Assembly: GCF_026210795.1 (NCBI RefSeq)
Contig: NC_089431.1
Coordinates: forward strand, 1,860,001-1,924,000
Origin: Rhizophagus irregularis
Taxonomy: Eukaryota
Direction: 5' to 3'
DNA length: 64,000 nt
Each line of letters opens with the position of its first letter. The stretch's first letter is position 1. Positions 37,810-49,679 of the stretch are shown piece after piece. The position numbers were made by a program, and so were the translations under genes. The notes beneath the pieces are model-generated. The model was not told the origin of the DNA. It did not search any database and was given only the letters and a program-made list of their open reading frames with translations.

Positions 37810-39034
37810 TTACTGGTAAAATATGAGACTCAACTCTCAAAGATAATTTGAAATGACTATATATAGATCTTCATAATATTTAAAACAATACAATTCTTTT
37901 CGCAAAGTTCTTTCTTAAGTTGATCATGTATCATCTACTTCTTAAAGTCTCTTTCATTTTTGTAAAAATACTTTATATGTTGCTTATACTATTTACCTTG
38001 TACTTCTAAAGCAATTCCATACTGTAAATAGTAGATGTTAAGTTCTAGTTCTTAAGGGTATTCAGATGTTTTCAAGAAATCTGGTCAGTGGATACTGGAA
38101 AGTGGGCCAAGAATATTAATTATGATTTTACAACACAGATTTTTATGCAATATGGACACCATATTTTAAAGAGCTTTATACAATTAAAACTTGAAAACCA
38201 TTTATGACCCTTATTATAATCTATTGCATTGAAACACAGAGATTTATATATTTTGTAGAAAAACATATACCTTTTCTACTGTTGGCAATTTTTTTAGCTT
38301 TTAAAAGACCACAGAAAAGATTGCCAATATATTGTATGTATCATCTTTCCATATTTTTATTTGATAAAGGGTTGTAGAATATTTATGATCTTTGGCATAT
38401 TTCTAAAGCATTGGGATATCTGTATTAACATATTCTATAAAAAGGTACTTACCACCTCATTCTTGTGTAATATTATTTGCTTATTTTGCTATATCAATAT
38501 TGAATCATCATTAATGATGCTATATATTATATCTTTAAATTGGGATACATAATATAATATATTCTTGTACCAGAATAATCTTTTGACTTGATATGTTCTG
38601 ATATAATATGTCTTTGTACTGGGATAATCTTTTGACTTAGTATAGCATGTTTTCTGCCTGGTGTATTATAAGTTCAGTTTAACATCAAGTTTCCTTAATA
38701 ATATCTTTTGCTAAAGCCTTTCACTTATAACCTTCTTTATACTGCCATTCAAGAGGATTCTGTTTATTAATATACTCAGTTGCAAAGCAAAGACCTCCTT
38801 TCTTTTCTGCAAACTTTTTCATATCTTCAATTATTCAAGTACAACAATTTTCAACTGCATATCATGGGTACCATATTTTTTATTCTTTACATTAAAATGT
38901 TTTGCAGACCATAAATGATCCTTGACATATTTCCAAAGTATTGGCATCTGACAATTGATATATCTTTTAGAGATGCATTTACCTCCTCTGCTATATGTGA
39001 TCTCTTTAGCAACATTTAAAATTAATTTTGCCAT
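37810..39034 (-). pseudogene. Heavily decayed zinc-ribbon-repeat + Vsr/DUF559-like endonuclease gene
   Basis: Repeats RGGKCISKRYIN...LWK.VKDHLWSA, KKGGLCFATEYINKQNPLEW and GHKWFSSFN...WCPYC, then LELNIYYLQYGIALEVQG...DQLKKELCEKN...YYED. Many stops and frameshifts. Confidence 0.7.
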
Positions 39035-39186
39035 TAATATTTTACATTAAATTTTAAAAGGTTGATAAACTTGAAAGTATAATATTATTTTATTTTATGC
39101 TTTATTTCTTTCTTTAAACAAGATCTACTCTAATATTTTCTATTAGTTTCATTTTTTACTTAACCAGCCGATCTTTTTTTCACATA

Positions 39187-40137
39187 CAGTCAACTCCCTC
39201 TATAGTCACTCCCGTTATAGTCACATTCTACTATATAGTCACACCAGTTGAATGTTCAAAACACTTTATTATTAAAATCTATCCTATATAGTCACAATCT
39301 ATCTATAGTCACTATCACACCTATCCTTATATTAAAAAGAACCGTTTATAATCACAGTTATATAAAGAATATATTAAATAACTTGGCATCTAATAATCGT
39401 ACAAAGATGTATCATAGCTTGTTAGAATCGTCTCACTGAGACGAATCGAATGGTGGTAGTTTTATCCTTTTCCTTTCACTGGCTGACGAGTTATTCAACA
39501 AAATGTTAAACATCGGCATTATAATATTTCTTGATTTACATTTACTGCGCCATTTAACATTTTGCTAGATTTCTCAGTACCTAGTGATTGTAAAAAGACG
39601 ATTTATAGCTCGTTGGAATCGCCTCATCGAGACGAATCGAATGGTGGTAAGCTCATCTCTCTGTGATTAATATTGACGGAGTTATTACTTAAAAACCATT
39701 TAATATTTTTTAATTTCGGAAATTGATCTAGTGATTGGATTTCGATGTATCTTATACCATTAGATTCGTCTCATCAAGACGAATCAAATGGTAGTAAGAT
39801 TGTCTTTCTAGGATCAATATTGGCAGAGTTATTACACAAAACCATTAATATTTTTTTAATTTCAGAAATTAATCTAGTGATTGTATTTCGACGTATTTTA
39901 TACCATTAGAACCGTCTCATCAAGACGAATCGAATGGCGGTAAGATCATCTCTCTACGATTAATATTGGCGAAGTTACGATACAATAAAGTTTTAAGTAT
40001 AATTCTGGCTAAAATTATGTTAATTTTTGGCCGGAATTATGATATACAAATATAAGAAATTTTTTATATAGTCACATCTCTTTATAATCACCAAATATGG
40101 ACTGTCCCAAATGTGTGACTATAAAGAGAGTTGACTG
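39187..40137. mobile_element. 951-bp non-autonomous Tc1/mariner-pogo element with four internal tandem units
   Basis: TA|CAGTCAACTCCCTCTATAGTCAC ... GTGACTATAAAGAGAGTTGACTG|TA, with subterminal ATAGTCAC repeats. Internal units start at ~39421, 39612, 39758 and 39904. Confidence 0.9.
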
Positions 40138-40875
40138 TATTTCTTTATAAAAATATAATAAAGATTTTACTTTAAGAATAATATTTTACAGTTGCTAATA
40201 AAAAACACTATATTTTTTATTATTCTTTTAAAGTATTTTTTTTGGAAGTATTGCTACCATAATTAATATTAACATTAATTATATTTACACTTTGAGAGAA
40301 AGTGAAGAGTATTGAAATAAGAAGTCTAGAGACTACAGAAGTCTCAATAGAAAGTGTCACTAAAGATGTTTGCCAAACTATTTTTTTAAAATTTTAGTTT
40401 AGTTAAAATTCAATCTGAAACTATTTTTTATAATAAATTTAATTGCTGAAACTGTTTTTATGCTTTTTCAAAACTAATTATAATTTAGGAAAATTTCAGA
40501 TTTACCAATTTTTCATTAAAAATAAAGTTTTTAAATTTCAGATTTTTAAATTTTATCATTAAATAAGTTTTAGATAGCAATATTAGATGTTACAGGTCTT
40601 GATATTTATGTGAAAAGAAAGAAGTATCAGAACTGGTTTTAAAAGGACCAGATGTTGAGACTTAAGAGTATTGATTGAATAGTTATATTATATGGTGTTG
40701 TAGAACGTTATGATCCTAGAAACAATAAATATTTTAGAAAGAATATTCTAAATTTATTAAAGTAAACATAAATATCAGAAAAACAAATATTAAATTCTTT
40801 CCAAAATTCTGTAAAGAACTTTTTATAATATTGCTTTTCAATAATACTTCTCTTCTTTTTAATTACCATTCTAGC

Positions 40876-41169
40876 AGGACCCCAAACATTACTAAAACAA
40901 CTCAGATCTTGTGTAACTAAAATTTAAAAATGAGATATCTTAATCAATATTACACCTAAAAAAAATGAATCATATATCAAAATATTCGTCTTGTTGAGAT
41001 GAATCTAATATACCAAAGATTATTAAAATCCAATTACTGGATCCTAAGATAGCAAAATTTGAGGATAAAATTTACATGTAATTTTATACATTTGGAAGTT
41101 GGAACAGAAATTAATTATAAGATTTATACAAATTCAGATCTGAGTTTTTTTAGTAATATTCAGGGTCCT
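40876..41169. mobile_element. ~294-bp MITE, copy 1
   Basis: TIRs AGGACCCCAAACATTACTAAAACAACTCAGATCT / AGATCTGAGTTTTTTTAGTAATATTCAGGGTCCT. A homologue lies at 47465-47720. Confidence 0.8.
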
Positions 41170-42273
41170 ATTTTAGCTGATGATCATTCACTTAAATGAA
41201 CTTCAGATTTCTCATTAGTTAATAGTTAATCCTTTAAGATTCTTTTAGCTTTTGCCTTAACTTTCTTATAGGTCTTGTCCATTTATATATAATAAAAATA
41301 TCAAATCAGAGTCAGATTAAGTATATGCAAAATATCTCCAACTGTTCAATTATTATATAACTTACATAATATACTCAAGTTAGAACTAAGAATTTCTTAT
41401 TGCAGTCTTTACCAGTAAAGTAATTAGTATTATTTGCTTAGTTTATTTATTTGCAATCTCATTCCAAAAGTTCCTCTTATAGTGATTAGAGGTTTGGTAA
41501 TATTAATTATATATGCTGCCCAAATTATTTTAAGATGTTATAATTATAATTTGGAATGCTGTAATTCATTTAGTTTATATATAATTTACTATGTAAAGTG
41601 CCAAAATAATTTGGGATGCCATAATTGAATTTGGGATTTTACTTATACTAATTACGGCAGTCCAAAATAATTTGGGTGGCATGTATAATATTGATTATTT
41701 CTATTTTTATGTTTTTTGATAAATATTTGAGTTTATTCCTTATTCTACTATGCAAATACTTTTAATTTTCTGAAAGAAAGGAAGAGCTAAAAAGACTTAT
41801 TTATATAGAATATAATTGGAGTGAGTTGGCGAATTAGTGGGAATTGAATACTAAATTAGCTTTGCATACAATTAGCGCTTTAATTTTTGCAATGATTAAT
41901 CATTAATATAATAATTAATCAAAAAAATAAGAGTAGTTTAGTTGCATTTTTTTTATTCCGAATTACCAATCATTTCATAATATAGGTTATAAGAAAGTGA
42001 TAAAAGAGCGCTAAGAATTGAAAGAAGTCAAGTACAGTCTCTTCTCAATATAATGAACCCTGCGTTCTGGCCGATCAGGCCTTCATTATAAGCAACTTCG
42101 TTAACACTATAACAAATTCTTCAGTGTAACATAGCGAATTCTTCAGTATAACTATGTTATACTGAATAATTCATTTCGGTCATATGATTTATACTGATTT
42201 TACCACTGATTGACTGATCGTTGTGGATAATTTTTTTTTTTAAAAAAAAAAGTTACTAGTAATAAACTGAATA

Positions 42274-42713
42274 TGGTGGTCGTCACCTATAAACAACAAT
42301 ATTAATAATAGTCCGAAATTTAAAATTTTATTTATTTATATTGTGTAACTTATTTTTAAAGTACTTTGCTAAAATATAATAATTGCCGCGTAAGCGGCAA
42401 AATTTTTTTTTGCTATATTACATGGAATTTTTGTGGATTTCCATGGAATTTTTGTAAAATCCATAAAAATTACATAAAAACTAGTCCGAAATTTTATGTT
42501 TTTATTATGGCTACTTATTAAAATTATCTAACTTTAACCCATAATATTAATTAAAATTCTTATTAAATTCTATAAAATAACCTGATAAAAATGTTCAGTA
42601 CATGTTGTTCTATCATTTTATCGGTTTAGTTTTTTCTTTTTACTATTCAATTTACAATTTATAAAAATTTGAAGTCACATAATATTAGTGTGGTTTATAG
42701 GTGACAGCCACCA
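42274..42713. mobile_element. 440-bp MITE nested in the pogo element
   Basis: TA|TGGTGGTCGTCACCTATAAAC ... GTTTATAGGTGACAGCCACCA|TA. Confidence 0.75.
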
Positions 42714-42816
42714 TATAAATTCAGTTTAAAAAACTGAAAAAAAAATAGTTTTATTAATAATTATAATCGATTTTTTGGTTTTTCTTAAAAAAAAAGGGAT
42801 TTGTTTATTTTTGTAG

Positions 42817-43730
42817 GAAACGCACTTCTAGATTTTAGGGAAAAACGAAAAATAGTAAAGTTCTAAAGAGGAGTTTGGGTAAAGAAACATTCTAATATTT
42901 CTTTTTTCTTTATATTTGTAGGAAATGACTTGAGAACGGTCTTGAAGGACCTCAGGTAAGTTGAAATAAATGTTGAATGGAGGAAATTTAGGGAATTAAC
43001 TTAAAAAAAACATTCTAACATTTCTTTCTTTATTCATTATTGCAGGAAACAACAGGTAACGGTCTTGAAAATCTCGGGTAAGTCAAATGGAGGGAGCAGA
43101 GCTTGAGGAATTAATTTAAGAAACGTTCTAACGTTTCTTTTTTTCTTTATTTTTGTAGGAACATCTTGGAGATCTCGGGTAAGTTAAAAGGAGAGAATTT
43201 GTAAAATTAATTAAAAAGAAATATTCTAACATTTCTTTTTTTCTTTATTTTTGTAGGGAAAGACTTGAGAACAATCTTGAAGGACTTCGGGTAAGTTGAA
43301 TGGAGGGAATTTTTGTGATTTGACTTAAAGAAACATTTTAACGTTTCTTTTTTTTTTTATTTTCGTAGAGAACGACTTGGGAACGTCTTGGAGACCTCAG
43401 GTAAGTTGAAAGGAGGAGTTTTTGTAAAATTAATTAAAAAGAAACATTCTAACATTTCTTTTTTCTTTATTTTTGTAGGAAATAACTTGGGAACGGTATT
43501 GGAGACCTCAGGTAAGTTGAATGGAAGGAGTTTTTGTAGATTGACTTAAAGAAACATTCTAATGTTTCTTTTTTCTTTATTTTTATAGGGAATAGCCTTA
43601 GAAAAGCTATAGTTGATGCAGTGTTATAAATAAAGAATCAGTCAATGATATTTTCATCAGCAAATGATTTATTAAAGCGGGAATAAATATTTATTTCAAA
43701 TGATTTTGCTGTAGCCGTCATTTTGCTTGA
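42817..43730 (+). ncRNA. Putative multi-spliced non-coding transcript: tandem array of intron + micro-exon units
   Basis: Six introns (42956-43045, 43078-43158, 43179-43256, 43291-43368, 43401-43478, 43512-43588), each GTAAGT..TT(C/T)TAA(C/T)..polypyrimidine..YAG. They alternate with 34/32/20/34/32/33-nt exons. There is no transcript evidence. Confidence 0.55.
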
Positions 43731-43868
43731 TCGAAAAATACTTTTTAAAATTTTATTTTAGCTTGTTGATAATAAAAATTAATTACGTCAATGCAATTTA
43801 ATACATCACAGTGCAAATTCATTACGTCAGCATAAAATCGATATAATTATAAATTTTTATTAATAGAA

Positions 43869-45537
43869 TTATTCGATTACATTAACAAAATTATCAAGAT
43901 TGATTTGCTTTGTAGAATAAAAGCGTTCTCTCAAAGCTTCTTTTTTTAATTTTTTTATAAACTTAATATCCTCATCATTTGAACCATAATTTTTTTCCTG
44001 ACGTTGTAAATATAAGATCACTTTATCGTAATATTCAATAACTTTGTTATGAGTTATTATTGGTAAAGGTTTCTCCTCAATTTCTTCTTTTTCTTGGTTG
44101 TTAGGTTGAACTGCTTTTAAAATTTCATAATCAGAAATCATTTCCGTTGTTACCTCAGAATCGTCATAAAGAACAAATTCTTCAGCTGTGAAAGAATCTT
44201 CGAAACCAAGTTTATTTATTAAGACTTGAACTTCTTCCAACTCCCTTAGGCATTCAAGTTCAAGTTGTATATTAGCATTGTTCTCATAAGCTTCACGGTT
44301 GACACTTTCATCATCATTTGGCTCACCATATTCAGGTACAATACCTGCTTTTAGCCAACAATTTTTAATTGTATCATTCGTAACGTTATCCTACGTACGT
44401 GCAATATATTTGATACATTTTTTAATGTTAATTTCATCAAGTTCAGTGCCATGTTCATTGAAATTATCAAAAGCTTTAACCCGATTACGCAAATACAACT
44501 TTTTATATTGTGCCTAAAATAAAAAAACAACATTAAATTTGAAACACTTACAGTGAACAAATAAAGTTTACTTCTTACTTTAAAACTATTGATGATTCCT
44601 TGATCACAGGGTTGAAGGTGAGATGTGGTATTTGGAGGAAGGTATTCAATGACAATATTTGTGAGAGTAGTATTTTCAGATAAAGTATGTGTTAAAGCAT
44701 TGTCAACAAGTAGAAGTATGTGCCTATTTTGTACTCTCATATGAGAATCTAATTTTTTAAGATAATCGTTCCAGATAGATACCTGCATCCAACTTTTTTT
44801 ATTCCAATAATAATTGATTGGGAGGGAATTTTTATTAATATTTTTGAACACTCTGGGATTTTCATATTTATGTATAAATAGGGGGCGCAATTTTTCAGTT
44901 CCGGTTGAATTGCAGGTAAATAAAATAGTTACACAGTTTTTAGATTGCTTAATTCTGGTCACAGGACCATTAGATATTGTACGATTTGGTTTCATTTTCC
45001 AGAAGAGATCCGTTTCATCACAATTAAAAATGTCTTTTGGGTCATAATCTTTTAATGTTTGACGAAGTTTTTCTCTCATTGAATCAAGATCTTGAATTGG
45101 TGCACTGCCCCCTTCCCCATGAATATTGTACTACTTAAGATTATGTCTTTTTTTAAAATTATCAAGCCACCCATTTGATGCTTTGAATTTTTCTTCATTA
45201 CACAATAAGGTAAAATCTAATGCTTTTGTTGCCAAAATACTTTCAGTAAGAACAAGTCCAGCTTGAAGTGCTTTATCTATCCAAATAGTAAGTGCTTCTT
45301 CAATAATAGGAAACTGAATTTTTTTTTCACGGTTTAAATTGGCTTGATATGAATCATTATCTATTGCAAGCTATCGTTCTTTCTTTTTCAGAATATCACT
45401 CACCATTCCTTCACTAACATCATATTCTTTTGCTAAGTCCTTTTGTTTTAAAAAAGAAGTGGATATTTTCTTTAAGCAAATCTCTTTTTTTGGGCTAATG
45501 TGAGTGATTTACGCTTTCTAGGAGTTTCTTTTGGCAT
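43869..45537 (-). pseudogene. Inactivated Tigger/pogo transposase (HTH_psq/CENP-B HTH + DDE_1)
   Basis: MPKETPRKRKSLT, FKASNGWLDNFKKRH, NCDETDLFW, LLLVDNALTH and PPNTTSHLQPCDQGII, with an intron at ~44514-44578. It has a frameshift near the start and internal stops. Confidence 0.9.
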
Positions 45538-45823
45538 ATTATTAATATCAAAAGAGAGGAATAAATGAAAATAACGATAAGTACAGTGTAAAAATCCGTT
45601 TTTATATAAATAATTATTACCATATTTAACAAAATAACAAGGGTAAATTATCTTATATAAAAAATTACAAAAAATTTACCAGTATTACTAAAGAATATTC
45701 AATTAAAAACTGCAATAATTCTTCGTTATAATGAAAAAAAAATTTGTTGTAAAAAAATCTGTTATATCAAATGGTATATTTATATAAGTAATTCATACAC
45801 TTTACTTTGTACTACGTTATACA

Positions 45824-45974
45824 TAGAGCTTCTAATGAGTCGAGTTGAGTCGAGTCATGAATCAAAAACCTTAATTTTAAAGTACTTTTTATTAAGTTAG
45901 AATATAATTAAATGAAAATTTACAATTATGCGAGTCAAAAATGCGAGTTTATGTGAGTCATTTTCGGAGCTCTA
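45824..45974. mobile_element. 151-bp hAT-type MITE nested in the pogo 5' region
   Basis: TIRs TAGAGCTTC / GGAGCTCTA, a perfect 8-bp TSD GTTATACA (45816-45823, 45975-45982) and internal GAGTC repeats. Confidence 0.85.
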
Positions 45975-46989
45975 GTTATACAGTAAATAAATAGTAAACT
46001 TCATTATATCAAGGTTTTTTTTATATTTAAAATTGGTACTACACTGGATGATCTGTTATATCAAATTATTCGCTATATCAAGGTTCGTTGTAGAGAGGGG
46101 TGACTGTATACTGTAATACAATGATAATCATATTATGTATATTATCTCAGATCTAATTAATTGAATCAAAAAAATCAGTTATAAATTTGTTTCCACCCTA
46201 AAATTCTTTGAATAAGAGTGTAATCAAATAAAAATAAATATGATTTTATTATATTAAAATTAATAAAATATTTTAAAATTATTATAATGATATAATCTAC
46301 TAAAACAGTATTATGGATTTAGATAGTAGAACTTATTTTAAGCTAAATTTAGTAAGCTATGATGATGTAAACTTTGAAAAATATAGAAGAATAGTTAAAG
46401 CAATATGGCCTTTAACAAAAATACATGATATGAAATACCAGATAGTGCTCTTGTATTTGTGATTCATTTAGAAAATTACTAGAAGAGAGCTATTCCAGAA
46501 AATTTTTTCTAAGAATAGATATATTACAATGTATAAAAAGTTTTATAAAGGTAATAAAGTTAGCATTCTACCAACTGATTATATATATTATAGTATATGT
46601 AACTTCTTAGTTTTTATACTTAAAAGTAATTATAGCATCTATTTTTATCATGATAATTACTTAAAAAAATATATTTCTGAAAATATTATTTCAAATGAAC
46701 ATGCAAGAAGAAATGAAATTCTCAAATCTATTAATAGAAAAGAATTTTAGATCTGATAATAGAAACAATATATATTATACTTCTTAGTATAATTAATTTT
46801 CAAATATCATATTAAATATTATGTCACAATATCGAATTATATAGTAATGTAACATTCATTTATACTGATGTAATTAGTTTGTACTGATATATTAAAATTA
46901 TATTGATGTAATGGATTTTATATTAGGTATAATTATTTAATAAGTTAAATTATAAAATTTTATTTAAAATTTATATAAAATACAAAGTA

Positions 46990-47440
46990 TACAAGCAAAA
47001 TAACATTATGATTCTAATTTGATACTATTCAAACATTCATTAACAGCTATAGTTAAAATAAATATTTATTTTCATTTTGATAAAATCATTTGCTAATGAA
47101 ATATCATTAACTAATTTTTTATTTATGATACTATATCAATTATATCTATTTTCTACAAAAATAAAGAAAAAAGAAACATTAAAATGTTTTTTTAAGTTAA
47201 TTTTACAAATTTTCCTATTGAATTTACTCAAAATCCTCAAGGACATTTCTGGTATTTCCCACAAAAATAAAGAAAAAAAAATGTTAAAATATTCTTTAAA
47301 TTATTTTACAAAAAACTCCTTTTATTTAATTTACCTGAAATCCTCAAAAACTATTCCCTAATATTTTTTGTAAAAATAAAGAAAGAAAGAAATATTAGAA
47401 TGTTTCTTTAAGTTAATTTTATAAAAACATTTAATTTACC
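46990..47440 (-). repeat. Decayed inverted homologue of the intron/micro-exon array and its terminal segment
   Basis: About 3 units of ACAAAAATAAAGAAAAAAGAAA..TTA(A/G)AATGTTT..AATTTAC, the reverse complement of the units at 43250-43590. 46992-47120 matches the reverse complement of ~43640-43730. Confidence 0.8.
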
Positions 47441-47464
47441 AATATTTTTTTTTAGGGTCTAGGT

Positions 47465-47780
47465 AGGACTCTGAACATTACTAAAAAAACTCAGATCTGA
47501 ATTTGTATAAACCTTATCATAATTAATTTCTATTTCAAATATATAAAGTTATATGTAGATTTTAGCCTCAAATTTTGCTATCTCAGGATCCAGTGATTGG
47601 ATTTTAATGATCTTTAGCTTGTTAAATTCATCTCAACAAGACAAACATTTTGATGAAATATTGCATTTTGAAATTTTAGTTCTACAGAATTTGAGTTGTT
47701 TTAGTAATGTTCGGGATTCTGTCAAAACTCCAAACATTACTAAAAAAATTCAGATCTGAATTTGTATAAATCTTATAATA
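47465..47780. mobile_element. MITE copy 2 (inverted relative to 40876-41169) plus a partial third terminus
   Basis: AGGACTCTGAACATTACTAAAAAAACTCAGATCTG...GAGTTGTTTTAGTAATGTTCGGGATTCT (to 47720). The left end restarts at ~47728. Confidence 0.75.
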
Positions 47781-49679
47781 ATATAAATAATATATATAAT
47801 TTGAAAAATTAAGATAATTATTTTTTGTAATTATTAAAAAAATTAAAAAGATTATATTTTGAACATTTAATTCAATAACTATAAAATTGCTTTGAAAAAA
47901 AAAGTGGAATAATATAAAATATAAAAGAGAGAAAATAGTTTTAATAATTAAATTATTTAGTATAATTCTAATAGTAATTTTAATAGTCAGACTATTCTTG
48001 TTATAATTTCAATAGTGATTCGATTTCAGTAGTTAGATACTAAAATATCTAAATAAAAAGTTTATATGTAAACCAAAAATGCAATCTAAAATATAAATAA
48101 TTTATGTATTTGAAATAATATCTAAAGTTACGTCTGTAATCATTCTAAAAGTTACTAATTCAAAAAGATTTAAGAGATTACAAATAAAGTAATATAAGAA
48201 AGTATTTATTAGTAAAGATAGGTAAATTCTAATTTATAAAAACTAGAAAGTATTTTAAATAATAAAATGTAATAAAATTATGTAAAAGATTTTTAAAATT
48301 GGATTTAAAAGATATTGGAATTTCAGAAACTTTAAAACAATATAAAATTTGATATTACAAACTTATTACAATTTATTCAATATAATAAAAAAATAGTAAA
48401 ATCACTAATAGTATTGGAATTAAAGGTTAAGGTTTTAGTAAAGATAATAATAGATTATAATTCTAAGATAATATTAAAAAAGTAACTCTAAAGTTAGATC
48501 TAAAATTATTTTAAAAAAGAATCCTAAAGCAGATTTTAGTTTAACAATCTAAAGGGTAAATATGTAATTTTAATTAATATTTAAAGAAATTGGATTAATT
48601 AAAAAATATTAGTAAAAAAAGTAAAAAAAGATATGCAAATAAATATTATTTTAATTTAATGATTATTTATTTAAAAAGACTATACTATATAAAGTTAATT
48701 TACTAAATAAAGATATAAAGTTTTTAGAAAAAAATGTGATTTTAAACATTTATATAATTCTTTAAAGCATTTGTTAATATAGAAAGAAATTGTTTTATTA
48801 ATCAAAAATCCATTATATATATTTAATAAACTACAAGTAAAACATTATATATATTAATACTCTATATATTACAGATAGCCTTAGATTTGAAATTTTTATA
48901 TAAAAAAAAAGTAATTATACAATTTAATATATTTTAGGTCAAAGAATTTAAATAATTTCAGATATAATTGCAACTATTAGTTGTTTACTATAAAAGATAA
49001 TTTCAGATTTTGGATTTTAGCAAAATACAGCTTTACTATAAAAATCATTATTTATATTATATATATTACATTTACTAATAGCAGTAGTATGAAAATAAAT
49101 TATAGAGATTTTTAAAAAAAGCTATACCAAAAAGAACAAATCAAATTATTTATAATCATTTAAACTATATATATATAATATAAAAAAAAATGATAAAAAA
49201 TTTAAAACTATTTTCCAATATTTTTTAAAAAAATGCAAATATAGTAGTTAGATTTCTATACTCTATACCCTACAAAGAAAGTTGATCTATATTCCATTTT
49301 TATTCTGCAAAAAGCCTATATTTTCAGAATTAACAACTTTATATTACAGAATTTATCAAATAATTTATATTTTCTGTAAATAGATCTGTGGAAGACTCAT
49401 TTTTATGGAGTTTTTACAGAAATAATAGATAAAATTTTTTATAAAGACATAGTTATACTCTATATAGTTACTCAATAGATTTTTACATATCAGCATTAAA
49501 AAAACACTTCTCTATTTTTTTTAAAATTTTATTTATAATTTGTATTTTTATTTTTATGCCTGCAACATATTTAATAATTTATTAAGATAAAAACAGATAA
49601 AAGATACATGTATTTATTGCACTAAAATCTAAACTATTCTAATTTATTAATCACTAAACTACCTATCATCTCCTTATAG

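Larger units (their letters stand above)
42035..46106 (-). mobile_element. pogo/Tigger-family DNA transposon, ~4.07 kb, with nested insertions
   Basis: TA|CAGTCTCTTCTCAATATAATGAACC ... GGTTCGTTGTAGAGAGGGGTGACTG|TA imperfect TIRs enclose a CENP-B-HTH/DDE_1 transposase relic. Confidence 0.85.

Noticed and set aside
47800..49600. Possible decayed transposase or RT coding region
   Set aside because: Too eroded to recover any diagnostic motif by eye.
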